Origin: a virus
Virus record (IMG/VR): IMGVR_UViG_3300031707_000031
DNA: 46,554 bases
Reading direction: 5' to 3' (one strand)
In this document: positions 8,261 through 17,129 of the stretch, piece by piece
Numbering within the stretch: position 1 is the first letter of the stretch
Layout of the letters: every line of letters starts with the position of its first letter
Notes under the pieces: generated by a model
Database searches by the model: none
Seen by the model: only the letters and a program-made list of their open reading frames with translations
Told to the model about the DNA's origin: nothing
Made by a program: the position numbers and the translations under genes

Positions 8261-8416
8261 ATGAAACCAAACAAATATGGATGTAAGGTCTCAGATGATG
8301 TATGCGTAATGCACGATGAACCATTGGTTTGCAAGCACGGATGCACTCACTCTAAATGCAACTGCAAGGAATATGTTGAAAATATGGTTAGCTTAAATAA
8401 TGAAAAGGACAAATAG
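8261..8416 (+). CDS. small Cys-rich protein (51 aa)
   Basis: Hand translation MKPNKYGCKVSDDVCVMHDEPLVCKHGCTHSKCNCKEY...; preceded by the repeated cassette ACTAATAAAAATGTTTT-ATGAAA. Confidence 0.4.
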   Translation: MKPNKYGCKVSDDVCVMHDEPLVCKHGCTHSKCNCKEYVENMVSLNNEKDK

Positions 8417-8467
8417 TTCCCAGCATCCTCAAGGTTTAAGTAAATTATTAACTAATAAAAATGTTTT

Positions 8468-8830
8468 ATGAAAAAAGTAGATGAAGTAGTGATTAACGGG
8501 GTGGCTTATACCCCAAAGACCAATCAAAAAGCCGAAGAATTAGATGGACTAAAGTATGTCATCGTCCGCACTTATTCGGCTGGCGTGTTCGCAGGTTATT
8601 TAGAAAGCAAAAACGGTCAAGAAGTAGTAATGAGAAAAGCACGCCGACTTTATTATTGGGATGGTGCTTTTACTCTTTCTCAAATCGCCAATGACGGTGT
8701 TTCTAAGCCTGAAAATTGCAAGTTCCCTGCCGAAGTAGACAGGATTGAACTTTTACAGGCGATAGAAATAATTGATGCCACAGAGAAGTGTAAAGAATCA
8801 ATAACTAATGTAAAAGTTTATGAATTCTAA
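8468..8830 (+). CDS. hypothetical protein (120 aa)
   Basis: Same repeated upstream cassette; no family assigned. Confidence 0.55.
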   Translation: MKKVDEVVINGVAYTPKTNQKAEELDGLKYVIVRTYSAGVFAGYLESKNGQEVVMRKARRLYYWDGAFTLSQIANDGVSKPENCKFPAEVDRIELLQAIEIIDATEKCKESITNVKVYEF

Positions 8831-9000
8831 TATTATTACTGAAGAAGAAATGAGAGGCGATGGCTCTGGCTCTGGCTATGGCTATGGCGATGGCTCTGGC
8901 TAAAATGTAAAAGTTTATGAATTCTAATATTATTACTGAGGAAGAAATGAGAGGCGATGGCTCTGGCTCTGGCTATGGCTATGGCGATGGCTCTGGCTAT
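8807..9000. repeat. 97-bp tandem duplication (2 copies, 1 mismatch)
   Basis: 8807-8903 and 8904-9000 are identical except a/g (actgaAgaag vs actgaGgaag). Each copy spans the 3' end of the upstream gene plus the 5' end of the Gly-rich gene. Confidence 0.9.
8820..8902 (+). CDS. truncated 27-aa copy of the Gly-Ser-Tyr-Asp repeat protein, created by the duplication
   Basis: MNSNIITEEEMRGDGSGSGYGYGDGSG*; the stop codon is created at the duplication junction. Confidence 0.3.
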
Positions 9001-9138
9001 GGCGATGGCGATGGCTCTGGCTATGGCTATGGCGATGGCTCTGGCTATGGCGATGGCTCTGGCTCTGGCGATGGCGATGGCTCTGGCTATGGCTCTGGCT
9101 ATGGCTATGGCTCTGGCTATGGCTATGGCTTTGGCTAA
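8917..9138 (+). CDS. low-complexity Gly-Ser-Tyr-Asp repeat protein (73 aa)
   Basis: MNSNIITEEEMRG followed by (G-[SYD])n; encoded by the hexanucleotide-periodic tract GGCNNN at 8953-9135. Confidence 0.5.
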   Translation: MNSNIITEEEMRGDGSGSGYGYGDGSGYGDGDGSGYGYGDGSGYGDGSGSGDGDGSGYGSGYGYGSGYGYGFG

Positions 9139-9303
9139 ATAGTTCCCAGTCTTACTAACTAATAAAAATGTTTTATGAAAGTAAGAGCTTATTTAAGAAT
9201 TTCAAATGCAAGAAGCAGAGTATGAGGAAGCAGAGTATTTGGCGAAGATGCTCAGAACGGCTTTTAGAAATTATAAAAAAGAGATACTTAAAAAATAAAC
9301 TCT

Positions 9304-9543
9304 ATGCAAGACTGGAAGAAACGATTAGAAAAAGTCTTAGTGAATGATGTTTGGCTATGGAAAAATAATGATGAAGTTCTTAACATCACACCTGTTATCG
9401 CCTTTATCGAAGAATTATTGGAAGAAAAAGACTTTATTATTTCAGCATTAGAAAGTTCTGAAGAAACACTGGAAGATGCCAATGAAAAACTTGCCAAAGA
9501 ACTGAATGCAAAGATAAAACTGCCGTGGAGTATTAGAAAATAA
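9304..9543 (+). CDS. hypothetical acidic protein (79 aa)
   Basis: Co-oriented ORF. The antisense ORF at 9288-9497 is rejected as a shadow. Confidence 0.5.
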   Translation: MQDWKKRLEKVLVNDVWLWKNNDEVLNITPVIAFIEELLEEKDFIISALESSEETLEDANEKLAKELNAKIKLPWSIRK

Positions 9544-9622
9544 TAATAAATAAATATGAAGAATAAAAACTTAAGCGATGACTATTGTAAATTAGCGAGG
9601 GAGAGGTTAAAAAAATTTTAAT

Positions 9623-10753
9623 ATGGAAAACAAACAAGAAGTTTTAGGTCAATATTTTACAAAAATTGAAATTGTAAAAAATTTGGTAAATTTAGTTTTA
9701 TCGTACACGCACTACAAAAATAACATAAAAATACTTGAACCATCTTTTGGGACTGGAAATTTTATCAAAGTACTCAAAGAAAATGGATTTTTAAATATCG
9801 ATGGGTGTGAAATAGACGAGGAGTTAACCACAGAACCGTCGGATTTTTTCAATATGCCTTTTGGCAAAAAATACGACCTAATTATTGGCAACCCGCCGTT
9901 TAGCAAATACAATTTAAAAGAAAGCTATTTTGACATAAAAAAATATCTCCTGTCGAACGCCTTATCTCCTATTTTCCTAACAAAAAAAGAATTAACGAAG
10001 GAGAAGGAAAAAATTGAGAATATTTTTATACTCAAAAGTTTAAAACATTTAGCGGACAAAGAATCTTCACTTGGTTTTGTTTTGCCAATTTCATTTTTTA
10101 TAAAAAATCGAAATAAATCTGTAAAGGATGAGTTATTGAAATATTTTTCAACAATTATTATTTATCAAAATGATAAAGTTTGGTTTGATAAGAATATCCC
10201 CTGTTGTTTTACTGTCTTTACCAATTCAGGAGAGCTAAAAAACAAAATTATTTTGCTATACGAAAATGGTAAGAAAAACGAAGAAGTATTTGATATAAAA
10301 AATATTCATGAAGAATTAATTCCGCAGGTAGTTTTTCATAAGAATAACGGATATATAAAAAACGACAAGGGAACGCCTTTACTGGAATTTTTTGAAGCAA
10401 AGAAGGTTAACGTCCAAAAATCATACAAAGAAAACAATATCTCGGCAAAAAATATTCTTGAAAAAAATGAAATACCAAAAAATAAACCGATTGAAAATTA
10501 TAAAATTGCCGTAGTGAGGGTTGGCAATTCTAGCGTCGGGAAGTGCGGTCTAATAAACGAGAGGGAAGATATTTTAAATGATATGTTTTACATCTTTGAT
10601 GTAAAACATCAATACGCTAAAGACAAACAATTTAAAGAAAATATTTGTCGCCAAATAAATAAAAATATTGATTATTTTAGAAATATAACTTGCCGGGTTG
10701 GAAGCAAATCAATTAAGAGAGAAGATGTATACAACTTTAAAGTTAGCATTTAG
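9623..10753 (+). CDS. N6-adenine DNA methyltransferase (TaqI/Eco57I-like, motif I before motif IV), orphan
   Basis: GQYFT, EPSFGTGNF (FxGxG, AdoMet binding) and IIGNPPF (NPPF catalytic) motifs. No restriction partner is adjacent, and the gene looks more AT-rich than its neighbours. Confidence 0.8.
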   Translation: MENKQEVLGQYFTKIEIVKNLVNLVLSYTHYKNNIKILEPSFGTGNFIKVLKENGFLNIDGCEIDEELTTEPSDFFNMPFGKKYDLIIGNPPFSKYNLKESYFDIKKYLLSNALSPIFLTKKELTKEKEKIENIFILKSLKHLADKESSLGFVLPISFFIKNRNKSVKDELLKYFSTIIIYQNDKVWFDKNIPCCFTVFTNSGELKNKIILLYENGKKNEEVFDIKNIHEELIPQVVFHKNNGYIKNDKGTPLLEFFEAKKVNVQKSYKENNISAKNILEKNEIPKNKPIENYKIAVVRVGNSSVGKCGLINEREDILNDMFYIFDVKHQYAKDKQFKENICRQINKNIDYFRNITCRVGSKSIKREDVYNFKVSI

Positions 10754-10833
10754 GAGCTTATTTCATTAAAGACTCGTGCCTTGAGGCGGTAAGGCGTTTA
10801 AATAACATCGTTTAATTAATTTAAATATCAACG

Positions 10834-10855
10834 CTGTCTGCCAAAAAGCAGATAG
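10834..10855 (+). promoter_or_regulatory. conserved RNA hairpin CUGUCUGC-CAAAAA-GCAGAUAG, copy 1
   Basis: 8-bp stem with one G.U, 15 nt upstream of ATG 10871. The same stem occurs in gene-sense orientation on the other strand at 31884-31901. Confidence 0.5.
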
Positions 10856-10870
10856 TGTAAAAATGCTAAC

Positions 10871-11212
10871 ATGAAAATCACAATGAAAAACGGCACTGTC
10901 ATTGACTGCGACAGTTCTGAAATCAAAAACTTAGTCCCTTTCTTGAAAGGTAAAATCAAGGAGACAGCTTCGTCCACCGAACTGCCGCCGAAAAAGCACA
11001 AGAAACATCAGATTTGGAGACCGTGGACAGGCGAAGAGCTGAATATTATCGCCAATAATTTGGCTCTAAAGCAGCGCGAAGTCAGCTCCAAACTCCCGCT
11101 CCGCACCACTGGCGCAGTCGGGAACATTATGTGGGCGATGAGGAATGGTCGCTTGGACAAGGGAAAGCAAAGAACTCTCGACAACTATAAATTAACAGAG
11201 CCACAATTCTAA
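10871..11212 (+). CDS. hypothetical protein (113 aa)
   Basis: ORF abutting the helicase gene (TAATG overlap). Confidence 0.55.
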   Translation: MKITMKNGTVIDCDSSEIKNLVPFLKGKIKETASSTELPPKKHKKHQIWRPWTGEELNIIANNLALKQREVSSKLPLRTTGAVGNIMWAMRNGRLDKGKQRTLDNYKLTEPQF

Positions 11213-12396
11213 TGCCATTATACGCACACCAGCAAAAATTGATTGACCTTAACCCAAGTAAGTATTTACTTTCTTGGGGAACAGGAACTGGCAAAACGCT
11301 GGCGGCTATTACTTTGGCTAAGCAAAATAATCAGCGAGCGTTGGTTATCTGCCCTAAGTCTTTAATCGACCAATGGCGCGAACAAGTTCCGGCCGATTGG
11401 CTGGTGCTAAGTAAAGAGCAGTTTAAGAAAAACTATAAAACAATCGGCAGTTACGCCTGCATTATCGCCGATGAATTTCACTATTTCGGCAACTATAAGT
11501 CGCAACTTACTAAGGCGTTATTAGCCTATATAAAAACTTACCGCCCTGAATTTATATATGGACTCACGGCGACTCCGTATATGTCAACTTCCTACAATCT
11601 GTACACTTACGGCTTAATATTCGGCAAGGCTTGGGATTGGTATAAGTGGACAATGCGTTATTTTAGCCGTGTTAAAATGGGTAGCCGAGCAATTTTTGTG
11701 CAAAAGAAAGAAGTTGACGGCGTGCCGATAGCGAAAGAAATGGCTAGGCTGGTAAATGTTTTAGGCAATACTGTTGCTTTGGAAGACTGCTTTGATGTCC
11801 CTGAGCAAATATTTGAAGTCGAGTCTTTTGACCTGACCGCTGAACAGAAAAAAGCGATTAAAGACAGTTTTGACCCGCTGCCGATTGTCCGCTTTTCTAA
11901 GGAATCGCAAATTTGCGGGGGAAGTTTACTCGGCGATGCTTATACCGAAAGTCAGTATTTTAAATCAGAGAAATTAAATCGGGTCGTTGACCTGATTGCC
12001 GAACATAAAAAGATTATTGTCGTTTGCCATTATAACAATGAGATTGACGTGATTGCCAGCAAGGTTAAGGATAAAAAAGTTTATATTATAAGAGGCGACG
12101 TCAAGAACCGCTCGGAAGTAGTCAAAGAAGCGGAGGCGGATGATAATTGCGTGGTCTTAGTAAATGCTGCCTGCTCGGAAGGATATGAGCTTCCCAGTTT
12201 CCCGATTATGGTCTTTTACTCGTATGGCTGGAGCTTAAAAAATTATATTCAGATGATGGGTCGTATTCAGCGGGCGGGACATATTAAAAAGAACGTTTAT
12301 CTTTCCTTGGTAGTGAAAGGAACTGTCGATGAAGATATTTATAAAACAGTTGCTATAAAAAAAGCCGATTTCCAAATCGAGCTTTATAAAAAATAA
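11212..12396 (+). CDS. superfamily 2 (DEAD/SNF2-like) helicase
   Basis: Walker A GTGTGKT, motif II DEFH, motif III TATP, motif VI QMMGRIQRAG. Confidence 0.8.
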   Translation: MPLYAHQQKLIDLNPSKYLLSWGTGTGKTLAAITLAKQNNQRALVICPKSLIDQWREQVPADWLVLSKEQFKKNYKTIGSYACIIADEFHYFGNYKSQLTKALLAYIKTYRPEFIYGLTATPYMSTSYNLYTYGLIFGKAWDWYKWTMRYFSRVKMGSRAIFVQKKEVDGVPIAKEMARLVNVLGNTVALEDCFDVPEQIFEVESFDLTAEQKKAIKDSFDPLPIVRFSKESQICGGSLLGDAYTESQYFKSEKLNRVVDLIAEHKKIIVVCHYNNEIDVIASKVKDKKVYIIRGDVKNRSEVVKEAEADDNCVVLVNAACSEGYELPSFPIMVFYSYGWSLKNYIQMMGRIQRAGHIKKNVYLSLVVKGTVDEDIYKTVAIKKADFQIELYKK

Positions 12397-12397
12397 T

Positions 12398-12706
12398 ATG
12401 TTTAATAAAAAATTAAAAGACAAGGTTTACGACGTGGAAATCGCTAATCAGTATATTTTTAGCGAATTAATAAAGCTGAGGTTTCTGGTAGCAGCCAATA
12501 AAAAGGAACTTGAATTTGAAGGAACATTGCTGAATCCAGTCAACACCCTTGAAAGAACTATTTTAATCACTCAGTTATTGGTTGAGTATTTAGGGCTTGA
12601 CCTGAAGGCGGAGTGGGTTGATGACCCCTGCTATCCGAAGGTTGAACAGCCGAAAAAAAGAAACTTTTATTTGGCTAAAAGAAAAAAATATGAAAAGAAA
12701 GGCTAA
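12398..12706 (+). CDS. hypothetical protein (102 aa)
   Basis: Co-oriented ORF starting 2 nt after the helicase stop. Confidence 0.5.
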   Translation: MFNKKLKDKVYDVEIANQYIFSELIKLRFLVAANKKELEFEGTLLNPVNTLERTILITQLLVEYLGLDLKAEWVDDPCYPKVEQPKKRNFYLAKRKKYEKKG

Positions 12707-12908
12707 AAATCTCCTCCAAAAAGAAATATCCGACCTGGCATCCCGTTGGCGGCCAGTGTTAGGCAACGCCGACGATATTGAGATTATGCGCCTAGCGGCT
12801 AATCACGATGCCGACAGTTTAGCGCGGCAGTTAGCTTTATTAATTAAACGGGTGACGGTGGATAAAGCGACTAGGTTGTCCACCGAAAACACAGGTTATC
12901 CACAATAA
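12690..12908 (+). CDS. hypothetical protein (72 aa)
   Basis: First ATG of the frame that does not lie deep inside the upstream gene (MKRKAKNLLQ...). Confidence 0.4.
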   Translation: MKRKAKNLLQKEISDLASRWRPVLGNADDIEIMRLAANHDADSLARQLALLIKRVTVDKATRLSTENTGYPQ

Positions 12909-12909
12909 T

Positions 12910-13302
12910 ATGAAGGAGAAAGACATGCAAACTCTCTTCGGTCACTGGCTTAAAGCTAACTGGTTTGAGACGTCGGCTTTTGAATTAAAAATCTGTAAAG
13001 AAAAACTGTTCAACTTAAAGAAGATTGAACAGCATCAGCTTGAAAATTTGAATTTAGTCAGGAACGGACTATTTTATTATAAGATTGCCGACGAAGGATT
13101 CGCTCAGAAGCCTTTCGACTGTATTACTCTTTACCAGAGACAGGCTTACGTCGTGGTTTTATTCTATGAACCACGCAAGCCGAAGAGATTTTATATGATA
13201 CCAATTAAGGTGATAAAAGACCTGATTTCGCAAAACATTAAGAGTATTGACGAAAAACGAGCCTTCACAATCGCCGTAGAGAGTGAAATTCTGAAGAATT
13301 GA
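12910..13302 (+). CDS. putative RecU-like / PD-(D/E)XK Holliday-junction-type nuclease
   Basis: AFELKICKEKLFNLKKIEQHQLENL resembles the RecU F(D/E)xK....HQ...L core, but the upstream acidic residue is not evident. Confidence 0.4.
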   Translation: MKEKDMQTLFGHWLKANWFETSAFELKICKEKLFNLKKIEQHQLENLNLVRNGLFYYKIADEGFAQKPFDCITLYQRQAYVVVLFYEPRKPKRFYMIPIKVIKDLISQNIKSIDEKRAFTIAVESEILKN

Positions 13303-13316
13303 TATAATACTCATCT

Positions 13317-13355
13317 AAAAAACAGAGGCTTTCGCCCCTGCTTTTTATTATTTTT
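13317..13355. terminator. bidirectional rho-independent terminator between the convergent arms
   Basis: A6-CAGAGGC-TTTC-GCCCCTG-CTTTTTATTATTTTT: 7-bp stem with one mismatch, an A-run on one side and a T-run on the other. Confidence 0.7.
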
Positions 13356-13373
13356 CGTACTTGCTAAGGTCAA

Positions 13374-14930
13374 TTACTCCGTTGGTGGCTTAACGCCAGC
13401 CTTCAGATTCAATGCTTTCAATTTTGCCGAAGAACCTGGAATCATTGCTCCACCCAACTTTTCACCAATCATAGCACCGACAACGCCAGCCCCAGGTATC
13501 GGGACGGCACTACCAATAACCGCACCAGCGACAGCCCCAGTCGCTCTTTTCATCATTCCACGAAGAGCCGAGCCTTTCGGAATAATTCTTCCTTCGCTGC
13601 GTTCCAGCCAGTGAATCATCTCGGAGTATTTAGCAACAGCCGCATTTAATTCTTTTATTTTTGCTTCCCCTTTATAGGCGGTCTCAATCATATCCTTTAC
13701 TGTTGCACCCATCGTAGTCGCTATTCTATTTTTCGGAGTCTTAACAGCGAGCGGGTGGTCGAGCTTCCCCATCGCCCAGAATCCAGCCTTATTATTATTA
13801 AAAGTAACAGCATCAATCACTTCTGCTTTTTTAAGTTCAGCGGGGTTATTCTCTCTGGCAAATTTAATCTTTTTCTCTGGCGTTGAGCCTTCCCACGTAA
13901 AGCCTAGATTCTCTTCGGCGTTTCGCACAATCGAGGCGTTAGTCTGTTTTTTTATTTGAGCGACAGCCTCGATAATGGTATCGTCATCTAACTTCGCTTT
14001 ATTTCTTTCTTTAAAATTTTCTATCGCCTTCTTCTGAAAATCAGAATAGTCAAATGTTTTTGGATTTTTAGTCAGGGCTTCTTGCATCGTAGCAAAGGCG
14101 GCATCACGCTTTGGGACAAGAGCATCAATCGCCTCGCCGTTAGCTAACCGCTCTGTGCCAGAAGCATCTTTGATTGTTTTTGGAACAACGCCAGAATCCC
14201 TCAAATCGGCGATTACAGCTTTTCCGCTTTTCAGCTCATCCCGCATTTCACCCTGTGTCAATTTATAAAATTCGTCGTAAGCCTTTGTTCTGGCGATATT
14301 CAGTTTTATGTCCGCCTTAGTTTTTTGAGCTGCCTTGAATTTACCAGCCTGTTCAACGACTGCTGGTATTAATCCTTTTCCAGCATTAGCCGCCTTTGCC
14401 GCTTCTTCCGCTGCTTTAGCCGACGCTTTCGCCGCTTCCGACATAAACTTAGGAGCGGGAAGGACGGACGCAATATCAAGAACGTCTTGTCCTGCTTGAG
14501 CCAAGTCTGGATGCTGTTTCGCCCAAGCAGAAACTGGTTCTATTATTTTTCCTTGTATTTCGGGATTAGCCACGACAGAAGCACCAAACGCCTTAAAGTC
14601 GGATTTCATTTCGTCTGGCATCACCTGTTTTACTCCCTCGACGATAGCCGAACCGAACGCTCTGGGAGCAATAGCGGCGGCACTAAGAGCCAACTTGCCT
14701 AATGCCCCCTTATCACCCCTGGCAGTTGCCTCGTCGTATCGTTGTGCAGCACCAGTAAAGCCTTCGTTAATTCCGCTGCCAACTCTCATTGCCCTGTCTT
14801 TTGCTTCCTGCCAGAATCCCTGTTTCGGCTTCGGCTGTTCGGGAACTTTCCCGCCCTCAAAGTCAGCAATCTGCTGAGCGGAAAGATTTTTGCTTCTCAA
14901 GTATTTGAACTGCTCAAATGATAACGCCAT
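13374..14930 (-). CDS. large virion protein, ejection/internal-protein-like (518 aa)
   Basis: Ala/Lys-rich helical sequence with a Gly-rich hydrophobic C-terminal segment, GAVAGAVIGSAVPIPGAGVVGAMIG. It is the last gene of the structural arm. Confidence 0.45.
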   Translation of the reverse strand: MALSFEQFKYLRSKNLSAQQIADFEGGKVPEQPKPKQGFWQEAKDRAMRVGSGINEGFTGAAQRYDEATARGDKGALGKLALSAAAIAPRAFGSAIVEGVKQVMPDEMKSDFKAFGASVVANPEIQGKIIEPVSAWAKQHPDLAQAGQDVLDIASVLPAPKFMSEAAKASAKAAEEAAKAANAGKGLIPAVVEQAGKFKAAQKTKADIKLNIARTKAYDEFYKLTQGEMRDELKSGKAVIADLRDSGVVPKTIKDASGTERLANGEAIDALVPKRDAAFATMQEALTKNPKTFDYSDFQKKAIENFKERNKAKLDDDTIIEAVAQIKKQTNASIVRNAEENLGFTWEGSTPEKKIKFARENNPAELKKAEVIDAVTFNNNKAGFWAMGKLDHPLAVKTPKNRIATTMGATVKDMIETAYKGEAKIKELNAAVAKYSEMIHWLERSEGRIIPKGSALRGMMKRATGAVAGAVIGSAVPIPGAGVVGAMIGEKLGGAMIPGSSAKLKALNLKAGVKPPTE

Positions 14931-14934
14931 AAAG

Positions 14935-17043
14935 TTATTTTTTATTAGTAATCTTTAAATATTCATCATACGCCTGCTCGTCAGTCAGTCCGTCCTGTGG
15001 TGTTTCAGTTTTTGTTTCAGTTCCGCCATCGTATAGTGAAACCTTTTCATCAAAGTTCTGCAAAGACTTCTCGTCAATCGGCGGTAAGCCGTATGACTCA
15101 CGAATAGCGTTCAACTGTTTAAGCGGAGAATCCTTTAGCTCGGCAGTTTTGACAGCGAAGTTTTCAGCCGAATCGCCAAGTATCGGGATTATTGGGACTA
15201 GGAATTGCATTTCGGAAGGCGTTACAGCACTGCCAGATAAGTCTTTTCTCATGTTGGCGACAAGCGTTGTAATTTTAGCCTTGACCTGAGCTGCCTCCTT
15301 GCCCTTAAATCTTCCCAGCCAATCAGTAATTGTTCCCTGAAAGTTTCCGATTGGATTCTTACCATCTTTGTCTAACTCTTGCAGCAAGGCGTTTAATTCG
15401 TTCGCCTTTGATACCGTGGCACGAACGGATGCTTCGGAAATATAATTATCTCCTTCTTGCTTCTTCGCCTTTTCGTAAACAAACGATTCAACTTTTCTTA
15501 TTGCCTCTGCTTTTTTGTCGCTGTTAATTAAATTTGCCAAATCACGAGAACCAAATTCTTTAAACGTTTTCCCAGTCTCAAGATTTTGAGAAACAACATT
15601 GCGTAAATTAGTTCCGAATTCCTCGGACTCTTTGTTTATCTTATAATCAATAAACTCGTTTAAGATGGCGTTGTCGTCGGTTATCCCTTGAGCAACCCTT
15701 CTCTTATAAAAATCAATAACCGCTGCCCGCTCGCCTTCAGAAGGATTACCGCCAAAGATTACTTTAACGTTTTTCAGGGCAAAATCCTGAGCCTTGTCGC
15801 TGACATTCCCGCCAACAGCAGTTTCAGAGCGGACTTCTCTGCCTTTAAACTGGTCAGCTACCGCCTCTAAGCCAGCCTGAACAGATGGGAATTTAACATA
15901 ATTTCCGCCCTCAGCTGCTGGTCTTGGCGTTCCCTTCTTAACGTTTGGATGATTTGCTTGATATGAAGGACTCCAGGTTATCCCGCCGAAGTTATTATTT
16001 TGGATGGCGACATTTGATGCTCCGCCATTTGCTTCTTTTTTAACAAGACCAAGAATTTCTTCGTAACCAACACCGATTTTACCAGCAGCGTTTTTAATGT
16101 CCTGGACGGTTATTTTGCTTCCTGCCATGTTTGTATCGATATATTTTTGCAGTTCCTCGTCATTCTTTATTTTACCGACATTGCTAATGGCACTTTGCAC
16201 CGAACGGATATAAGCCGTCTGCTCCTCTGGTGTTCCGACAGCATTATAGGTTGACCAGTCGTAAGCATGTCCAGACGGAGATGTAACGACATTTCTGTCC
16301 TTCGGCAACCACGCTCCGCCGACATTTTCCATTCCAGCAGCTTCGGCGTCTTTAATATCGCCAATGCCAGGGTGAGCATTTTTATAAGCTTCGAGTGCGA
16401 TATTGTTTTTATATTGCTGATTTGCCAAATCAATGGCGTTCTTGTGGTCGTTTAAATCATCCTGAATCTTTTGCAGTCTGTCCGTCTCGTCCTTAAAAGC
16501 GGTGTAAGCATTGTTGTAACTTTGTAACGCCGTGTCAGCCATGTCCTTATATGTTCCGCTCATCGCCTTAACGTAGTTCACTGAATCAGCATAATCATTT
16601 TTATACTTTTCTGTTTGTGAGGCAATAGAAGCGTTTAACGCCCCCATACCAGTCAGCCCTGCCGCTTCAAAAACAGGCGATGTTCCCAAAGGCTGTTCCA
16701 TTACGCCAGATTTAGTTCTGATAGCGTCCTGAAGAACTCGCAGAGCTTCGTTTGGCTGCGATAGTCCTTCTAATTTAGTTCCAGCCGCCGTAACGCCTTG
16801 TTGCAAGGCGGGCAAATTAGAAGTTGCTGTTGTTTGCGGCAACGGTGCAGCCGTCGGATTGTTTAGCCCCGCACTTCCCATCGAAGCGTCGGCTGCTTTT
16901 TTAAATTCATCTGGCAACCCAGTCGGATATGCCAACGAATGCAAAGCATCCCAATCGGTTGAGCTGGTCGGATTCTTTTTATAAATACCCTGATAAGTTT
17001 TTAAGGCTCTTTGTTCAGCCGCAATGTCTCTTGAAATTGGCAT
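14935..17043 (-). CDS. large virion protein with a possible peptidoglycan-hydrolase-like segment (702 aa)
   Basis: NNNFGGITWSPSYQ...NYVKFPSVQAGLEAVADQF resembles NNxxG(I/N)...F.s...G motifs of phage and flagellar muramidase-type domains. This is a weak match recalled from memory. Confidence 0.4.
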   Translation of the reverse strand: MPISRDIAAEQRALKTYQGIYKKNPTSSTDWDALHSLAYPTGLPDEFKKAADASMGSAGLNNPTAAPLPQTTATSNLPALQQGVTAAGTKLEGLSQPNEALRVLQDAIRTKSGVMEQPLGTSPVFEAAGLTGMGALNASIASQTEKYKNDYADSVNYVKAMSGTYKDMADTALQSYNNAYTAFKDETDRLQKIQDDLNDHKNAIDLANQQYKNNIALEAYKNAHPGIGDIKDAEAAGMENVGGAWLPKDRNVVTSPSGHAYDWSTYNAVGTPEEQTAYIRSVQSAISNVGKIKNDEELQKYIDTNMAGSKITVQDIKNAAGKIGVGYEEILGLVKKEANGGASNVAIQNNNFGGITWSPSYQANHPNVKKGTPRPAAEGGNYVKFPSVQAGLEAVADQFKGREVRSETAVGGNVSDKAQDFALKNVKVIFGGNPSEGERAAVIDFYKRRVAQGITDDNAILNEFIDYKINKESEEFGTNLRNVVSQNLETGKTFKEFGSRDLANLINSDKKAEAIRKVESFVYEKAKKQEGDNYISEASVRATVSKANELNALLQELDKDGKNPIGNFQGTITDWLGRFKGKEAAQVKAKITTLVANMRKDLSGSAVTPSEMQFLVPIIPILGDSAENFAVKTAELKDSPLKQLNAIRESYGLPPIDEKSLQNFDEKVSLYDGGTETKTETPQDGLTDEQAYDEYLKITNKK

Positions 17044-17129
17044 ATTGTTTATATTAAATTGTTAAAATAATTTGTCCAAAAATCTTTATGCGTTGCAGAT
17101 TGTTTTACACCCTTTGTCGCCATATTTTA

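Noticed and set aside
8957-9142. 61-aa ORF MALALAMAMAMA...
   Set aside because: It is an alternative-frame shadow of the GGCNNN hexanucleotide tract. It lies entirely inside the Gly-Ser-Tyr-Asp ORF, which has the conserved start cassette.
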